Of a DNA stretch of 64,000 nt, positions 61,901 through 64,000 are shown one piece after another; within the stretch, counting starts at the first letter, position 1; each line of letters begins with the position of its first letter. Below the pieces are notes generated by a model. The model ran no database searches, was not told where the DNA came from, and saw nothing but the letters and a program-made list of their open reading frames with translations. Source of the stretch: Auanema rhodensis (Eukaryota > Animalia > Nematoda); NCBI GenBank assembly GCA_964057225.1, contig OZ059894.1:18476001-18540000 (forward strand), read 5' to 3'. Position numbers and translations under genes: made by a program.

Positions 61901-64000
61901 CAGTTGATATCTCGGTGCATTTTTAAGCTAGCGCAAATCTGTTAACACAGATCAACGCAGCTTAAAAATCCGCATCGAATGCACTATACTACATTGAGAA
62001 ACGCTTAATACAAAAATTAGTTATGATCGTTTGAAAAATGATGCATTAGTGTATGTTGAGTTTCCATGTACACTCAACATTGCTTCCAAAAACATTTTGA
62101 CAAAAATTTTTTCGAAAAATTTCAAAATAATTTAGCAAAAAGTAGATGTTTTTAGATTCCTTTTTTCAAGGCAAAGACGATGGACAATGTTATTCAACGA
62201 AAAAATTAATTCTTCAGGGTGAAAATCGAGGATATAAGTGTGAACTTATATCAGTTGATATCTCTCGGTGCATTTTTAAGCTAGCGCAAATCTGTTAACA
62301 CAGATCAACGCAGCTTAAAAATCCGCATCGAATGCACTATACTACATTGAGAAACGCTTAATACAAAAATTAGTTATGATCGTTTGAAAAATGATGCATT
62401 AGTGTATGTTGAGTTTCCATGTACACTCAACATTGCTTCCAAAAACATTTTGACAAAAATTTTTTCGAAAAATTTCAAAATAATTTAGCAAAAAGTAGAT
62501 GTTTTTAGATTCCTTTTTTCAAGGCAAAGACGATGGACAATGTTATTCAACGAAAAAATTAATTCTTCAGGGTGAAAATCGAGGATATAAGTGTGAACTT
62601 ATATCAGTTGATATCTCTCGGTGCATTTTTAAGCTAGCGCAAATCTGTTAACACAGATCAACGCAGCTTAAAAATCCGCATCGAATGCACTATACTACAT
62701 TGAGAAACGCTTAATACAAAAATTAGTTATGATCGTTTGAAAAATGATGCATTAGTGTATGTTGAGTTTCCATGTACACTCAACATTGCTTCCAAAAACA
62801 TTTTGACAAAAATTTTTTCGAAAAATTTCAAAATAATTTAGCAAAAAGTAGATGTTTTTAGATTCCTTTTTTCAAGGCAAAGACGATGGACAATGTTATT
62901 CAACGAAAAAATTAATTCTTCAGGGTGAAAATCGAGGATATAAGTGTGAACTTATATCAGTTGATATCTCTCGGTGCATTTTTAAGCTAGCGCAAATCTG
63001 TTAACACAGATCAACGCAGCTTAAAAATCCGCATCGAATGCACTATACTACATTGAGAAACGCTTAATACAAAAATTAGTTATGATCGTTTGAAAAATGA
63101 TGCATTAGTGTATGTTGAGTTTCCATGTACACTCAACATTGCTTCCAAAAACATTTTGACAAAAATTTTTTCGAAAAATTTCAAAATAATTTAGCAAAAA
63201 GTAGATGTTTTTAGATTCCTTTTTTCAAGGCAAAGACGATGGACAATGTTATTCAACGAAAAAATTAATTCTTCAGGGTGAAAATCGAGGATATAAGTGT
63301 GAACTTATATCAGTTGATATCTCTCGGTGCATTTTTAAGCTAGCGCAAATCTGTTAACACAGATCAACGCAGCTTAAAAATCCGCATCGAATGCACTATA
63401 CTACATTGAGAAACGCTTAAAACAAAAATTAGTTATGATCGTTTGAAAAATGATGCATTAGTGTATGTTGAGTTTCCATGTACACTCAACATTGCTTCCA
63501 AAAACATTTTGACAAAAATTTTTTCGAAAAATTTCAAAATAATTTAGCAAAAAGTAGATGTTTTTAGATTCCTTTTTTCAAGGCAAAGACGATGGACAAT
63601 GTTATTCAACGAAAAAATTAATTCTTCAGGGTGAAAATCGAGGATATAAGTGTGAACTTATATCAGTTGATATCTCGGTGCATTTTTAAGCTAGCGCAAA
63701 TCTGTTAACACAGATCAACGCAGCTTAAAAATCCGCATCGAATGCACTATACTACATTGAGAAACGCTTAATACAAAATTTAGTTATGATCGTTTGAAAA
63801 ATGATGCATTAGTGTATGTTCAGTTTCCATGTACACTCAACATTGCTTCCAAAAACATTTTGACAAAAATTTTTTCGAAAAATTTCAAAATAATTTAGCA
63901 AAAAGTAGATGTTTTTAGATTCCTTTTTTCAAGGCAAAGACGATGGACAATGTTATTCAACGAAAAAATTAATTCTTCAGGGTGAAAATCGAGGATATAA
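22915..64000. repeat. 351-bp tandem satellite array, right part (~117 monomers, runs off the window end)
   Basis: Same monomer and orientation as the left array. It resumes exactly at the duplicated CAGTTG where the left array was interrupted. 353-bp (+TC) variants appear beyond ~51 kb. Confidence 0.99.

Overview
Eukaryotic, AT-rich DNA. The 40-46 nt introns with T-rich (TTT)CAG/TAG acceptors suggest a nematode-like host, which is an inference. About 75% of the window is a highly homogeneous 351-bp tandem satellite (1-7251 and 22915-64000). It is interrupted by one complete, apparently intact 15,663-bp Maverick/Polinton (7252-22914) with AGTAG...CTACT termini, ~0.93/1.0-kb terminal inverted repeats and a perfect 6-bp target-site duplication CAGTTG. 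The element encodes a protein-primed family B DNA polymerase, which I reconstruct as 14 exons and ~1369 aa, including one GC-AG intron and four upstream mini-exons that the ORF track misses. It also encodes double-jelly-roll major and minor capsid proteins, a packaging ATPase, an adenain-like protease, putative core proteins, a C2H2 zinc-finger protein and a chromodomain-bearing RVE integrase. A spliced orphan gene of ~166 aa carries an N-terminal D-box and a Cys/His cluster. Only the two terminal, inward-facing genes have introns; the virion/integration module is intronless. The satellite monomer is built from several hairpins and shows local higher-order repeats and a gradient of variants. 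All coordinates and splice models were derived by eye and no database searches were run.
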